From contig NW_024704742.1 in assembly GCF_018977255.1 (NCBI RefSeq), positions 28,770,001 to 28,834,000 of the forward strand: a DNA stretch of 64,000 bases, given 5' to 3'. Numbering within the stretch: the stretch's first letter is position 1; each line of letters starts with the position of its first letter. Shown here piece after piece: positions 25,730-38,211 of the stretch. The notes beneath the pieces were generated by a model. It made no database searches and was not told the DNA's origin. It was given only the letters and a program-made list of their open reading frames with translations. Origin of the DNA: Callorhinchus milii. Lineage: Eukaryota. The translations under genes and the position numbers were made by a program.

Positions 25730-26018
25730 AACATCAGGAAAAATCAGAAAAACTTAAGACAGTCAACAACGTGTCTGTTTTTAGGAGATGTTCCAACAGA
25801 CACTTAGAGCTGAAATTTGTGACATTTCATAACAGATTTGATGTGTTGATTATCACCACATTGTAAGGGTAAAATTCCACCAGGCTCTAGGTTTATTGTG
25901 TATATGGAACATTTCAGAGCAGGCAAAATTTGACAAATTGTTGAATTCACCATCACATCAAATCTGTCATAAAATGTCACAAATTACCCCCTTATTTTCT
26001 ATCTTTCAGCCTGATGTT
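25730..26018. repeat. nested imperfect inverted repeat (MITE-like relic)
   Basis: 25814-25848 is complementary to 25951-25985 (3 mismatches in 35 bp). Outer AACATCAGG at 25730-25738 pairs with CCTGATGTT at 26010-26018. Confidence 0.7.
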
Positions 26019-26804
26019 CTTTGTCTTCAGTCGTTTGGAGTAATGTCAAAACTCTTCTTAAAGGTGACACTTAATGCCGTAAAGTTACATCACAGGTTCA
26101 CCAGCTCTAAGCTTCACAAAAGTAAAATTGCTGAAGAGGGAAGTTAATTTGTTATGGGAGATCACATTTTTCCACGTCTGAAGCAAACTCGTATCAGTCA
26201 TTATGACAATGAGTTTTTCCCTTTGTTTTTCAAAATCTTTGCATAGTCACCCATGAAGGTGATATATAATGGTTGTTATCAGTCTTAATTATCAACACAT
26301 ACAGACTGACATTGTGCCAGCGATCCCCCAAAAAAGGCAGAAAATGACCATATGTGGTTTGAGATAGTTCATGAAGATCCGCATGATCTTTGCCTCATTG
26401 GTTTATTATTTGTCAAGTAAAATCTGTGTGATGCTTGTGCTAGACTTTGATGAATTTTGTGTTTAAACTAAATAGGAAGTCAGATTAATAAAGACTTTGC
26501 TGTTAGCAATCGGAATATGATGGTATTTTGCCTACAGCTATTTACTCTAACATTAAAATTGTCAAAAATCCTTCAGCTGTACTCAGTGAGCCTGCCTTGC
26601 AGATAACTGATAACACTGAAAGAATTAATTATTAATAGATTTAAGACTATAAAACCTACCATTAAAAGTTATGCGTATTAGAATATGTCCTCAGAAACAA
26701 TCCTCCAGAGAAAATTGATCATTCACTTCATCGCTGTTTATGTGACATTGATATGCGCAAGGCTGCCACGTTTTGTTTGCCTACAAATACCGGGAATCAA
26801 ACCC

Positions 26805-27166
26805 AGAGCACTCCGCAAGTGAGAGACCTGGGTTTGATTCCTGGCAGGGTAAAATGTTGGGCAGATTTCCTTACTCCACACACCTCTGTTTACCGAGCAG
26901 TAAGTAGGAACCCGGTTGTTAGTCAATTGGCGGATCGTTTTTCTGGGGGTAATAATCCCTTCCAAAAAGATATATATAAAAATAAGAAGAATAATTATTT
27001 GGTCACTCAATTCATGGGACACTGATGTGCACAATTGGCTACAGCGTTTCGCCCACAAAATATACAGTCAATTGACTTTACAGTATATTCTGTGAAACGC
27101 TTTCAGATGTCTCAAAGATGCAATAAGGCGCGACATCAAATGCAAGGATTATTATTATTATTATTA
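26805..27166 (+). mobile_element. SINE family A, long variant
   Basis: Head remnant, CACCTCTGTTTACCGAGCAGTAAGTAGGAACCCGG segment, Deu-like block, (ATT)n tail. Confidence 0.88.
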
Positions 27167-27972
27167 CAGTCAATACATTTGACTGTAAAATCTTCTGAGG
27201 CACTTTGAGACGTTGCTATACCATAATAAGGCATTATATAAAATGAAAGAATGATACTATTTTTATTTGTGTATTAAGAATACATAGGCTGATCTACCAT
27301 TGATATAATATAATGATATGGTACTCACATTTGGTATAGGTAACACCTTTCACATCAGGAGGACATCCCAAAGCGCTTCACAGGATAAACTGTAAAGTGC
27401 AGTGGCTCTGTGTTTTATGGATTTGTTTGAAACCAAATCTCACAATGTGCTATTCTTTATTCTCAAAAATAAATTAATAACCTTAGATTGAGCATGACTT
27501 GCATTCTCCACAATACACATTGCTCTACAATGCAACCCCTACAAAATTGAACAATGTGGGGATCAATAACCAAATTCAGTTTTGGATTTAATGGTAATGA
27601 AAATATACATTAAATTTTAGCATGAATATCTTAAGGAACAATATTTTATATTCAAATAGCATGTCAGAATCAAGGACGTAAAGGTGATGGAAAATGAGAG
27701 GACAAATTGCATTTTTATATAGCGTTCTTCACGTAGATTAATGTCTTGGAATGCTTCACAGTGGTGAGGTTGAATACCAAGCAATAAATTGGATCTCCTT
27801 GGAGCTGAACTGGCTCCAGGGTGACATGCCAGGCAATGGAATGTCAAAATCGAGCCACCTCTCTGTGGTGGTCTCGTCGTCTGATTCCTGAGCCAGGCAG
27901 GTCTGCAATATTCCAGGGCACTGCTGATGATAACACAGCCAGCCTGACTAATCAGCAGGACCTGGAAGGGCA

Positions 27973-28358
27973 CTGGTGGCAGGGAGTGATCCCACTCAGC
28001 TCCTGTTAACCCTGCAAGCCAAAGCCCTAATGGATAGGGTGGTCCTCGTTGGACAGGCAGTGGGAAAGCTTGCCAGACAGCAATATCAATGGCAAGCTAT
28101 GTGGTTTTAGCTGGTTAGACTCCAGCAGTAGCCCAACGCACACTCTTGGGTCCCCAAGCCTCAGCTCTTGCCAACCTCCGCCTAATACTTTCCGGAGTTA
28201 GGTTAGCAGGATGCATCCCTCCAGGACAAAAGTACGCATTCCATTCCAACAATCCAGCTAGGATTTCCATGTGTAGGTGGGATGCATGGAAATCTCAGCT
28301 TGGTTTGGATGCTCTTAAGCATGGTGATGGATTTCTGCATATGTCAGATACCCAGCTG
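27973..28358 (+). repeat. unclassified dispersed repeat, copy 2
   Basis: Homologous to 18224-18500 in the opposite orientation, with about 90 extra bp (about 27996-28088). May extend further left. Confidence 0.8.
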
Positions 28359-28374
28359 TCCCCCCAAAAAAATA

Positions 28375-28640
28375 CCAAGCAAGGGAGAAGGTGATCATAA
28401 GTGCGGTTGAAGAGGTTTTAAGATTGGATTTAAAGACAGATAACGAGGGGACAAGGCAGAGGGATATAATCAGGGAGTTTCAAAAGTTAGAGGTGTTGTA
28501 ACTGAAGGCTAGGCCACCAATAATGGCATGCACAGGGGACGTGTGGAGGCCTACGTAAACTGAATGAAGGAGTCGAACAAAAGAATGTGATACAAACAGA
28601 TCAGAGAGATAAGGAGGTGCTAGGAATGAAAGGAATGAGT
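28375..28640 (-). mobile_element. decayed L2 3' fragment
   Basis: ORF 28480-28704(-) contains LAPPYLSDL...IIGGLAFSY, the L2 C-terminal motifs. Confidence 0.65.
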
Positions 28641-30868
28641 CAAGCGTAGATTTAGTATCGGGCTCTGACTGCTGACAGGAGTGCAGATAAGTGCTGATTG
28701 TCAACAGGAATCAGGGACAGCGTGTCTAGACCCAGCCTAAAAATCTGGGATGGATGAATTCTTCACAGGTGTCAAAGACTTGGATTGAGTACAGACAAGG
28801 AGCACTAGACAGCTAAGAAACAGGACGCCGGGACTAAGGACAGTACAAGAGATACCCTAATGCCCAGTTATATGTCAAATAGAACTGGCATATTGAACTT
28901 TACTATATAATCTAGTTTAATGTACAAGTGGGTTTGCACTAGTGCTGCAGATTCAGTGCTCCTGAATTCTGGAGAAACCAGATAGTGTGAAACCGGTGTC
29001 TGTTTCCTTCAGGCTGCTTTGCAATTCACTTGAAGAGTTGAAGTGGTAATATAATAATCCCAATATATCATTGAGGTGCCACCAATTCGAAATGAAAGAG
29101 AAAAGTCCAAGAGTGAGAAAAGTGTAGGAGGCTGCAATGCACAGCTGGATAAATTAGCTGCAGGTTATGTATACTGGCTGAAGGCTCGTAACAGGATGCA
29201 GCAAGAACGTTCCAGATCACTCAATCACAGTATAAAAGGACATTAACAGCGCCCCTAGCACTGCGCACTGATGCATGATGTATCTGTGGCAGCCTTATTC
29301 TGAGGAATCAGAGGCTGAATCAATTTTGCTGGTTCCACTCTCATTGTGGGTCACTGCTGCCACTCCTGGTGGCTGAATGCTTGACATCAGTGAATTTGTT
29401 ACCACACGTGGGTGGAACCAGGGATGTTATTGCACCTGTAGTTATGTCAAACCTACACTGTAAAAAAATCCTCCAGTATGCAATATTACACGTACTGCAA
29501 ATGTGTAGAAACTCGCAGACACCTTTATCTAACTTACTCATTATAATTCACGGTAGCGGAAGCTGGAAAAAAAACAGGAGAAAATCACTTCAAATTCTAG
29601 CACAATTGACCATGATGTAGCACCAACATGCTACACTCTGCCATCAAAGGCAGATCAACAACAACAACAACTTGCATTTATATAGTGCCCTTCATGCGGG
29701 GTGGTGTCCCGGAGTTCTCAACCATTGTGCCGAAGTCAACGTCAAAGAGGGGATCACATGGTGACCAGTATTTAGTCATAAATTGAAACATGTAATATTT
29801 AGTAGCAAATTAGATAACAAGTGGAATCTATTTTTAAGAATTTTTCACACCATAAAACTTTACCATTTCACTTGTCCTACCAGGTTACACTTGTCTGTAA
29901 CCAGCAATCGAGCCCTAGTTTCATTCAATACTTGGAAGGGCTAGCATCCATGGTAGCACTGTCCAAATCATTCCAAATCCAATGATTTCAAAACTTGCCA
30001 TGTGCCTACTTGACCCCCATCTGAGGAATGTCAGATGGCGGTGTCTGTTTAATAAGAAGACACTATTTTGCCTCGGAAGGTCCACCCAATATAAATGTAA
30101 ATTTGTATTATATTGCATCATATTTACTAGCATTTCAATAGCACTGAATGTGCTGAATCTAATCAACACCTTATTTGTTTTGGTAGCAAGAGTGATCGTC
30201 CTACTTTAAGTGCCAAAGCCTTCAGTTTACACAACCACAGACAACAGACTTTTAAATTAAATTTGCAAGTGCTGAGTGGGGATATCAGTGAGGTGTGCTT
30301 GGGTCACTGCGCTGGCATCACTGGTTACCTGGAGAGAACCAGGAAGATCAAAGTCTCCATGTGGCATGAAGCCAGGCATCCATTTCCACTGTTGAAACTT
30401 GTGGCAAGAGGAGTGAGGCTCTGTGCCAACACACTGACAGGGCTGGAGTATGCTGCTAGATTATGTCCTCAGTGTAAATCACGCTGCATTCACTCCAGCA
30501 CAAACTTGGCAATAAAATCAGGGCATTTGACATTAAATTGAACTGTACTTTTACCAGTTGAACCAAACATAATGCAATTTAAACTCTTTGAACCACTATT
30601 TTAAATAAGGCAGCCTTATTGAAGTTCCCATTGCTAGCAGTACTGCAATATACCTTGTAAAGATATAAGTAGGATGATGTTTGTAAAAATAAAGATCTCA
30701 GTTATTTCTTTCAGATACGAGTTATGAATATATTCAGAATCATGAACCAAATTTAAACTCCTTGTACTAAATTGTATACTCTACAATTTGGGCTACATAG
30801 TGTCTGCTTCAGTTCTCATTCCATCTATGTTTAGCACTTTGAGATGTTAACCTATGTAAAAGGTACTA

Positions 30869-31195
30869 TAATAATAATAGTAATAATCCTTGCATTTGAT
30901 ATAGCGCTTTTCACGTCTTGTAGACGTCTCAAAGCGTTTCACAGAAATAATGCAAAGTGAATTGACTGTATATTTATGGGCGAAACATGGCAACCAATTG
31001 TGCACAGGAGTAGTCCACAAACAGTTGTGGATTGAAGTGAACAATTTGTTATGGGTTTTTTTTTCTTGAGGGATTATTATCGGGGGTGTGGAGTAAGGAA
31101 ACTTGCCCAAGGTTTCGCCCTGCCAGGAATCAAGCCCAGGTCTATCGCTTACGAGGCAAGCGCTCTATTGAGCACTATTGAGCTGCAGGATTCCA
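30869..31195 (-). mobile_element. SINE family A, short variant, full length
   Basis: Antisense of head, ACCTTGGGCAAGTTTCCTTACTCCACAC, Deu-like block and tail. Confidence 0.9.
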
Positions 31196-32676
31196 CAAGT
31201 GCAAGTTGTTGTTGTTGGTTGGTTTTTCTCTCAAGTGCAAAACGACATTGAATTGATTGAAGTCTTGTTGCTTTCATTTAACCCTTCGCTCTGATTCTTT
31301 TCCCTCAACCCTCATTCAATGAAGAATTGTTTTGAAGCACACTTCAAAGTGCATGATGCAAACAGGGATCATGGAATGCCATTTGTGGTTGTTGGCGTTC
31401 TCGCGAGACATTCGGCAACGCTAAAGCTCTTTCCTTCCACTCTACTACAGCCTGGACTAATCCAGTAAACAGTGCCTGACAGCTGTAACCTTTCCACATA
31501 CTCTCACTAATTTGTTTGTATTTGGCTCCTGTTTATAGCTTACTTTGTCAACCCTGTGTTTTTTTGACAACTGAACAAGCTACAACACTGCAAAAAAGGC
31601 TGTGTCCATTCAGGCATCAACACTCCTAAAGGCACTGTCATTGTCCCAGAACTTCACAGACAAGCAGGGCAGATGAATTAGCAGAGCCAACTCCACTTTA
31701 CTGCCAACTCCAGGGAGCTCGCCCAGAGCAAGCAGCCATATGTTCAGGCCTGAAACACACAACCAAGTACATACTGCATTCGCAAAGATGTTCTTAAAAT
31801 TATTCATTGCATTGGGAAATGCAGCACCCAAGTGGTAAATTGCCGATTGTCAGCTGTTTTTGTTGTAAATTGTTTGCCTGTGCGATCCTTTCTCTTTTTA
31901 GTTCATTTGCAGTTAAAGCATCAGCAAATCTCTCCTGGAAACTAACCAATACTTAAATGTCAAAGAAACGGTTTTAATTGCTGTTTGCCTACATCGTCTT
32001 GAGTTTCAGAGCTAAGATTAGATTATCAGTGTCTTAACTATTCTGATAAATTCAGTGAGCTTTGTTTATTTTAAAGCTTTCTCATTCTGCATGCTGGGGG
32101 GGAAATATGTAAGGTTTACTTTTGTTTACATCCGCTTGCTTTTTGTTTGAGAGCTGTCTTTGTGTCATGGTTAAACTGACATAGTTTCATCTGTGCTTCA
32201 TAGAATGCAGCTCTTGGACTGTTTTATAAACTGCGCTCATGTATAGCAAAATAGCATGATACTCTCTAGCCTGGAATTACCTTGGATGCATTTGCTTCAA
32301 ATATTTTGTGGTTTATAAACTCTATTTGCACTGAAGCAACAGATCGGTATGTGTTGTTCAATTGCTGATTCACTGTGAAAGATGTTTTCTCAATGAGTTG
32401 CTTTTATGGGAAAGTATCTCAAATATGTAAAACAAAACAAATTACAACACAAGCCAAGATCCATACCAGAAATACAACAGCAATGTTTTGGAACTGATCC
32501 ATTTTGGATACGTTTTGGAACTCAACCATTTCTTCCATGAGATTTACAGTTTTGTATACGAGGCTAAGCTCTCATCTCATGTTCCTTGTAAACTCTATAA
32601 ATATATGGTCCTGCTCCTTCTTTCTACTCTCTGGAATCGAACACTTGCTCTTCGCTATCTAACTCTGCAAACTCCG

Positions 32677-32987
32677 TGGAGTCCTGTGGCTTAGTGGTTA
32701 GAGCACTCACCTCGCAAGAGAGGACCCGGGTTTGATTCCTGGCAGGTTTCCTTACTTCACATGCCTCTGTAAGTAGGAACTCAGTTATTAGTCCACTGGC
32801 AGATCGCTTTACTGAGGGTAATAATCCCTTCAAAAAAATAATTTGGTAACTCAATTTACAACAGTTTGTGGGACACCCACAAAATATACAATCAATTCAC
32901 TTTACAGTATATTCTGTGAAGTGCTTTGAGATGCCTCGAAGACATGATAAGACATCACACCAAATGCAAGGATTATATTATATATTA
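32677..32987 (+). mobile_element. SINE family A, long variant with internal deletions
   Basis: TGGAGTCCTGTGGCTTAGTGGTTAGAGC head, GTAAGTAGGAAC segment, tail CAAATGCAAGGATTAT. Confidence 0.85.
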
Positions 32988-33094
32988 CTTCTCACCGGCA
33001 GTCAAATTTCTCTGACCCACGTATCAAATGCACAACTCTTCATAGACTGAGAATGGGCTCCTATGTGTGTGTGTATGGGGGCAAGGGCAAGGAC

Positions 33095-35840
33095 ACCACT
33101 TGCCCTATTCCCCTACTCCTCTGGCTCTTTCCCCTCTTTTGAGCACCTCACCCTCTCCCACCCCTCCTTCCTCTCACTTAAAATCTTCCTCTTCTACCGG
33201 CAGCCTAAAACTTCTCCCACCTTTATCTCTGATATATCGACACTTCTCACATCTCTCTGCCTCTGCTCTGATCGCCTCATCATCCTGGGCGACTTTAACC
33301 TGCACTTCACCCCCTCCTGCTCAATCTCCTCAGATTTCTCTTCCCTGCTCTCCTCGCTCAACCTTTCCCTCCACATCAACTCCCCCACTCACAGTCACGT
33401 CCACCCATTCGACTTGGTGATCACCCAGGGCCTCAGTGTCTCGGATGTCACTATCACCGACAAGGCCGTCTCCGACCACCACTTCATCTCCTTCACCACC
33501 TCCACCCCCCTCCCCACCTCCACCAGACCCACCACCATCTTCTACCGCCCCTGGAAGAAGTTACCCCCACAATCCCTAACCGCTGCCTTGGAGTCCTCTG
33601 AACTCCTCTCCCTCTGGCCTTCAACCCTCACTGACCCCTCTTCTGCTCTCACCCTCCTCCACAACACCCTCTCCTCCACACTTGACACTCTTGCCCCCAT
33701 CACCTCCCGTACTGTCTCCTACTCTCGCTCCTCCCCCTGGTTCACCACCCACCTCCGCTCACTGAAGAGCCAGGTGCGGGCCGCTGAACGCACCTGGGTC
33801 AAATCTGGCCTAACGGTCCACCGACAAATCTGGCTGGACCTCCTCAAAATCTACCGCTCCACTCTAGCCTCGGCCAAATCGTCCTTCTACTCCAGGATAA
33901 TCCTGGAGGCGAAGGACAACCCCAGGCTACTGTTCTCTACCACATCCCAACTCCTCCGTCCCCCCCGCCACCCCGCGCAGGTCATCTCCTCCAACCTTCA
34001 CTGCGAGGAGATGCTGGATTTCCTTGAATCCAAAATCAAGGGAATCCGCTCCGCGGTCACTCCCCCTCCAACTTCCACCCACCCCTTCCCTCCCACACTC
34101 CGACTCCTACCCATCCTCCCCTACACACTTTCGTACCCGTTTCCCCACCCTCTGTCACCAAACTCATCCTATCCCTGAAACCCACCACCTGCTCCCTTGA
34201 CCCCATCCCCACTCCACTCCTTATCTCCCAGCTCCACCTCCTTGCCCCACATATCACAGACATCATCAACCTGTCCCTCTCCTCTGGCTCTGTTCCCATT
34301 CCCTTAAAAACTGCCACCATCACTCCCACCTTGAAAAAACCCTCCCTTGATGCGTCGCAGCTATCAAGCTACCGGCCCATCTCCAACCTCCCCTTCCTGT
34401 CCAAGGTCCTGGAACGAGTTGTCGCCTCCCAGCTGCGCTCTTTCCTCTCCAACCATTCATTATTCGAACCCCTTCAGTCGGGTTTCCGTGCTGCCCATAG
34501 CACAGAAACTGCCCTGGTCAAGGTCACCAATGACATCCTGACCATCTGTGACCAGGGCTCCCTCTGCCTCCTCGTCCTCCTCGACCTATCGGCAGCATTC
34601 GATACGGTCGACCACGCTATCCTCCTCCACCGCTTGTCCTCCCACCTAAACCTTCAAGGCCCTGTCCTTGAGTGGTTTAGGTCGTACCTCTCCCACCGTC
34701 TTCACTTTGTTTCCACGAATGGTTTTTCCTCCAGCCCCCGCACTGTCTCATGCGGTGTCCCTCAGGGCTCTGTCCTCGGTCCCCTCCTCTTCACCCTCTA
34801 TATGCTCCCCCTTGGTGACATCATCTGCAGACATGGGGTTAACTTCCACATGTATGCGGATGACACCCAACTCTACCTTTCCTCCTCTACCCTCAACTCC
34901 ACGACCACCGATGTCCTGACAGCCTGCCTGTCCGACATCGAGTCCTGGACGAGAGATAACTTTCTCCAGCTCAACGTGTGCAAAACTGAGGCCCTCCTGA
35001 TTGACTCACGTCAGCGCCTCCGCACCTCAGGCGCTGACAGCATCAGCATCCAAGGCTGCACTCTCCACCTCTCAAAGCCAGTCAGGAACCTCGGGTTCTG
35101 TTCGACCCTGAGCTGTCCTTTCTCCCTCATATCCGCGCCACAACTGGCACCGCCTTCCATCACCTCCGGAATGTCGCCAGACTACGGCACTACCTCACCC
35201 CTCACGCTGCTGAAACTCTGGTCCACGCCTTTATCACCTCAAGGCTGGACTATGGGAACTCTCTCCTCGCCGGCCTTCCCGCCACCTCCCTCCACAAGCT
35301 GCAGGTCATTCAGAACTCTGCAGCTCGTGTACTGTCCCGTACCAGGCTTCAGGACCACATCACTTCCACCCTCGCTCGCCTCCACTGGCTCCCCATCCCC
35401 CAGAGGATCGAATTCAAGATCCTCATCCTCACCTACAAGGCCATTCACGGCCTTGCTCCCTCCTACCTCTCCGACCTACTATCCCCCTACCTACCTGCCC
35501 GTACCCTCCGTTCCTCTGGCTCCGGTCTGCTCCACATTCCCCGCCCCAACCGCCCTACCATCGGTGGCCGGGCCTTCAGCCTTTCAGCCCCTAGGCTCTG
35601 GAACTCTATCCCCCAGTGCCTTCGCCGCCTCCTCCCTTTCCTCCTTCAAGACCTTTCTCTTTGACTGTGCCTTCAGCTCCCCTCTCGACTCTCTACCCCC
35701 CCATCGCTCCCTTTCCTCCCCTTACCCTGACCATTTCCCCCCAATGCTCGGGTCCTGACCCAACTGTACAGCGCCTTGGGACGTCCTCCCGACGTGAAAG
35801 GCGCTCAATAAATGGAATCTTGTTGTTGCTGTTGTTGTGG
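33095..35840 (+). mobile_element. L2-clade LINE, 5'-truncated ORF2 (AP endonuclease + RT) with frameshifts and intact 3' end
   Basis: Endonuclease motifs YRQP, LGDFN, DLV, SDHH. RT motifs [62 protein letters not shown]-terminal SRLDY, LHWLPI and GGRAFS in a shifted frame. 3' stem-loop and (TTG)n. Frameshifts near 34.1 and 35.1 kb. Confidence 0.96.
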
Positions 35841-36430
35841 TGGTGAAGTATGAGAAGGGCAGTCCATTGTTGGCATTGTTGGGCCATTTTTATTCAATAT
35901 AATACAATTGTCTAAATTTGAACTGAAATGACATTCTCTTTCTCGTACATTCTCTTTCTTTCAGAGAACCCATTGCATATTTTGAATATACCAGTAAACT
36001 ACTTGAGTGGGCAGCTATTGATTAATATTCCATAATGTGAAAGGATTTCTTTTGCCAAATTTCTCCCCTGCTCCCCTCAAGGCTTGAATGCTTCTGGTTT
36101 CTTCCACTGAGATACAGGTCTGTATACTCCATGCGGTACTTTGTCCTAGTGGTGATTATTCATGTCTTGACCAACAACAACATCAGCAAAATTACATTTG
36201 ATTAGCACCTTTCACATTGGGAGGATGTCCCAAGGGGCAGGACATTAGCAGCTATTCAACCAACGTTAGCAGCTACTCAACCATGAGCCTAATCTTCTCC
36301 TCATCCAAGGTCCACACAACTATACTTACACTTACAGCAGGGCTCACTGAATCAGAGTGAGGAGAGGGAACTTTATGCAATTTAACCCAAAACACATTAT
36401 ATCACTTGTATTGCCATGCCTGGTCTGAAT

Positions 36431-36785
36431 CAACAACAAATTGCACTTATACAGTGACCTCCATGCATGGTAGCGTCTCAGAGTACTAACAGTGATAGAG
36501 CCTAACTCCGAGCCGGGGGGAGTGGGGAGGTGGCCGTAAGCACAGTCGAAGAGGAAAGTTTTCAGCTGGGACTTGAAAAAAGAGAGAGAACGGGCAAGGC
36601 AGAGGGATTGATGGAGAGTGTTCCAGAGGTTTGGGGCGCAGTAGCTGAAAGCACGACCTCCGATGGTGGAGAGGAGGATGAGAGGGACGAGCAGGAGGCC
36701 AGTGCCAGTTGAGTGGAGCTGCCGGGTGGTGGATTCGGGAGTGAAGAGATCGGAGAGGGAGGGAGGTGCCAGGGGTGAATGGATT
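36431..36785 (-). mobile_element. L2 3' fragment (second L2 subfamily) inserted in a family B SINE
   Basis: Antisense homologue of 61520-61866 with tail GAGACGCTACC..CATGGAGG..ACTGTATAAGTGCAA. Flanks (about 36100-36430 and 36790-36880) resemble SINE family B. Confidence 0.8.
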
Positions 36786-37036
36786 CACTCGAATCGAATC
36801 AGTTAACTGAGAATACAGATGAATTCAGGGATTGAACCTGGGACCTATCCAGCTCAGTTTACTCACTGGATAAAGCCCTGAACCTTGTAAGTTTTTCTTA
36901 GGTAAACAGTTCCCTGAAGACCAAACTCACATCAGAGGCACTTATATACTGGTTATTGTGGAGATTAATGCAACCTTTGTTTGAACCTTCATTTCACTTA
37001 TTGACCCAGAAGAAAGTCATTTTTGTTAGCTAACAT

Positions 37037-37337
37037 TAATAATCCTTGCATTTGATAAAGCACTTTTCACATCTTCTAGATGTCTCAAAGCGCTTCACAG
37101 AATAGACTGTAAAGTAAATTGACTTTATATTTGTGGGCGAAATGTGGCAGGCAATTGCACACAACAATGTCCCACAAACAGCCGTGGATTGAAATGACAA
37201 ATTTTTTTTTTTTTTGAGGAATTATTATCAGGCGTGTGGAGTAAGGAAACATGTCCAAGGTTTCAACCTACCAGGAATTGAACCCTGGTCTCTCACTTGC
37301 AAAGCGAGTGCTCTAACCGCTGAGCTGCAGAACTCCA
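37037..37337 (-). mobile_element. SINE family A, short variant, full length
   Basis: Antisense head TGGAGTTCTGCAGCTCAGCGGTTAGAGC, B box GGTTCAATTCC, Deu-like block, tail. Confidence 0.9.
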
Positions 37338-37479
37338 CAAACATAGCATAGCAAACATAGAAAGCATAGCAAACTCATCAAACTTATATTGAAGTCCTGA
37401 ATCCCTAGAAGATATAGGGCCAAGGATAGTCCATACACAAGATTCAGTTCAGAATCAAACTGATAGCTTGCTTGATACC

Positions 37480-37735
37480 CAGAAGAAATTTCTTCACACA
37501 GAGAGTAGTGGGAATGGGGAACGTGCTACCACAAGGAGTTGTTGGGGCAAACAGCGTAGATGTATTTAAGGGGAAGCTAGATAGGTACATGAGGGAGAAA
37601 GGAATAGAAGATTATGCTTGAAGGCTTAGTTGAGGAAGGGCAGGAGGAAGCTCATATGGAGCATAAACACCGGCATAGACCAGTTGGGCCAAATTGTCTG
37701 TTTCTTGCTGTATATTGTAATGTATTCTAATGTAT
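37480..37735 (+). mobile_element. CR1 3' end
   Basis: TTCTTCACACAGAGAGTAGTGGGAATG (FFTQRVV), TTTAAGGGGAAGCTAGATAGGTACATG (FKGKLDRYM), then the CR1 3' UTR. Confidence 0.82.
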
Positions 37736-38211
37736 GCACCATTAATCGTTCAAAGTGATCTGGGCTTTATTTTCTTCATTCTACCATACATTTGGTTGAT
37801 TTTGGTTTTAATCAAAGATCAATGGGAATGAAAAATATGATGCAAATGGTGTGAAGCTTCATAAAGAACCTGATTATCAGATGGAATCTGAATCAAGCAT
37901 TACGTTTCTCCCCCAATATTACAAACTATTGTTGTGTTTTGAAAGTTGCAAAACTTATAGCTTGGAGAGTTTGGTTTGTGAGGTGTTACATTAATAACAT
38001 GAGGCAGGAAATATTATTGGAAGCTTGAGGGCCTTTTTTATTCATGATCATTTTAAGCTAATGCTTCTTGGGACAGCCATCATACTCAATGTGTTTGTAG
38101 CTGACATGGAGTGTCATAGAATGAGAGGATAGGATTTCTCCCTTCTGATTCCTAATATGGTACATCTTAAGCAGTGGCTGGACAGCCTGAGGATGAAGTA
38201 AATCAAACTGT

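Noticed and set aside
29247..29373. Two CTCF-like sites (GCGCCCCTAGCA; GCCACTCCTGGTGGC)
   Set aside because: Both are out of register with the core consensus.
33063..35758. Long ORFs (371 aa, 475 aa) as a host gene or active LINE
   Set aside because: They are pieces of one frameshifted, 5'-truncated L2 ORF2, and the ends of both ORFs are out-of-frame sequence.
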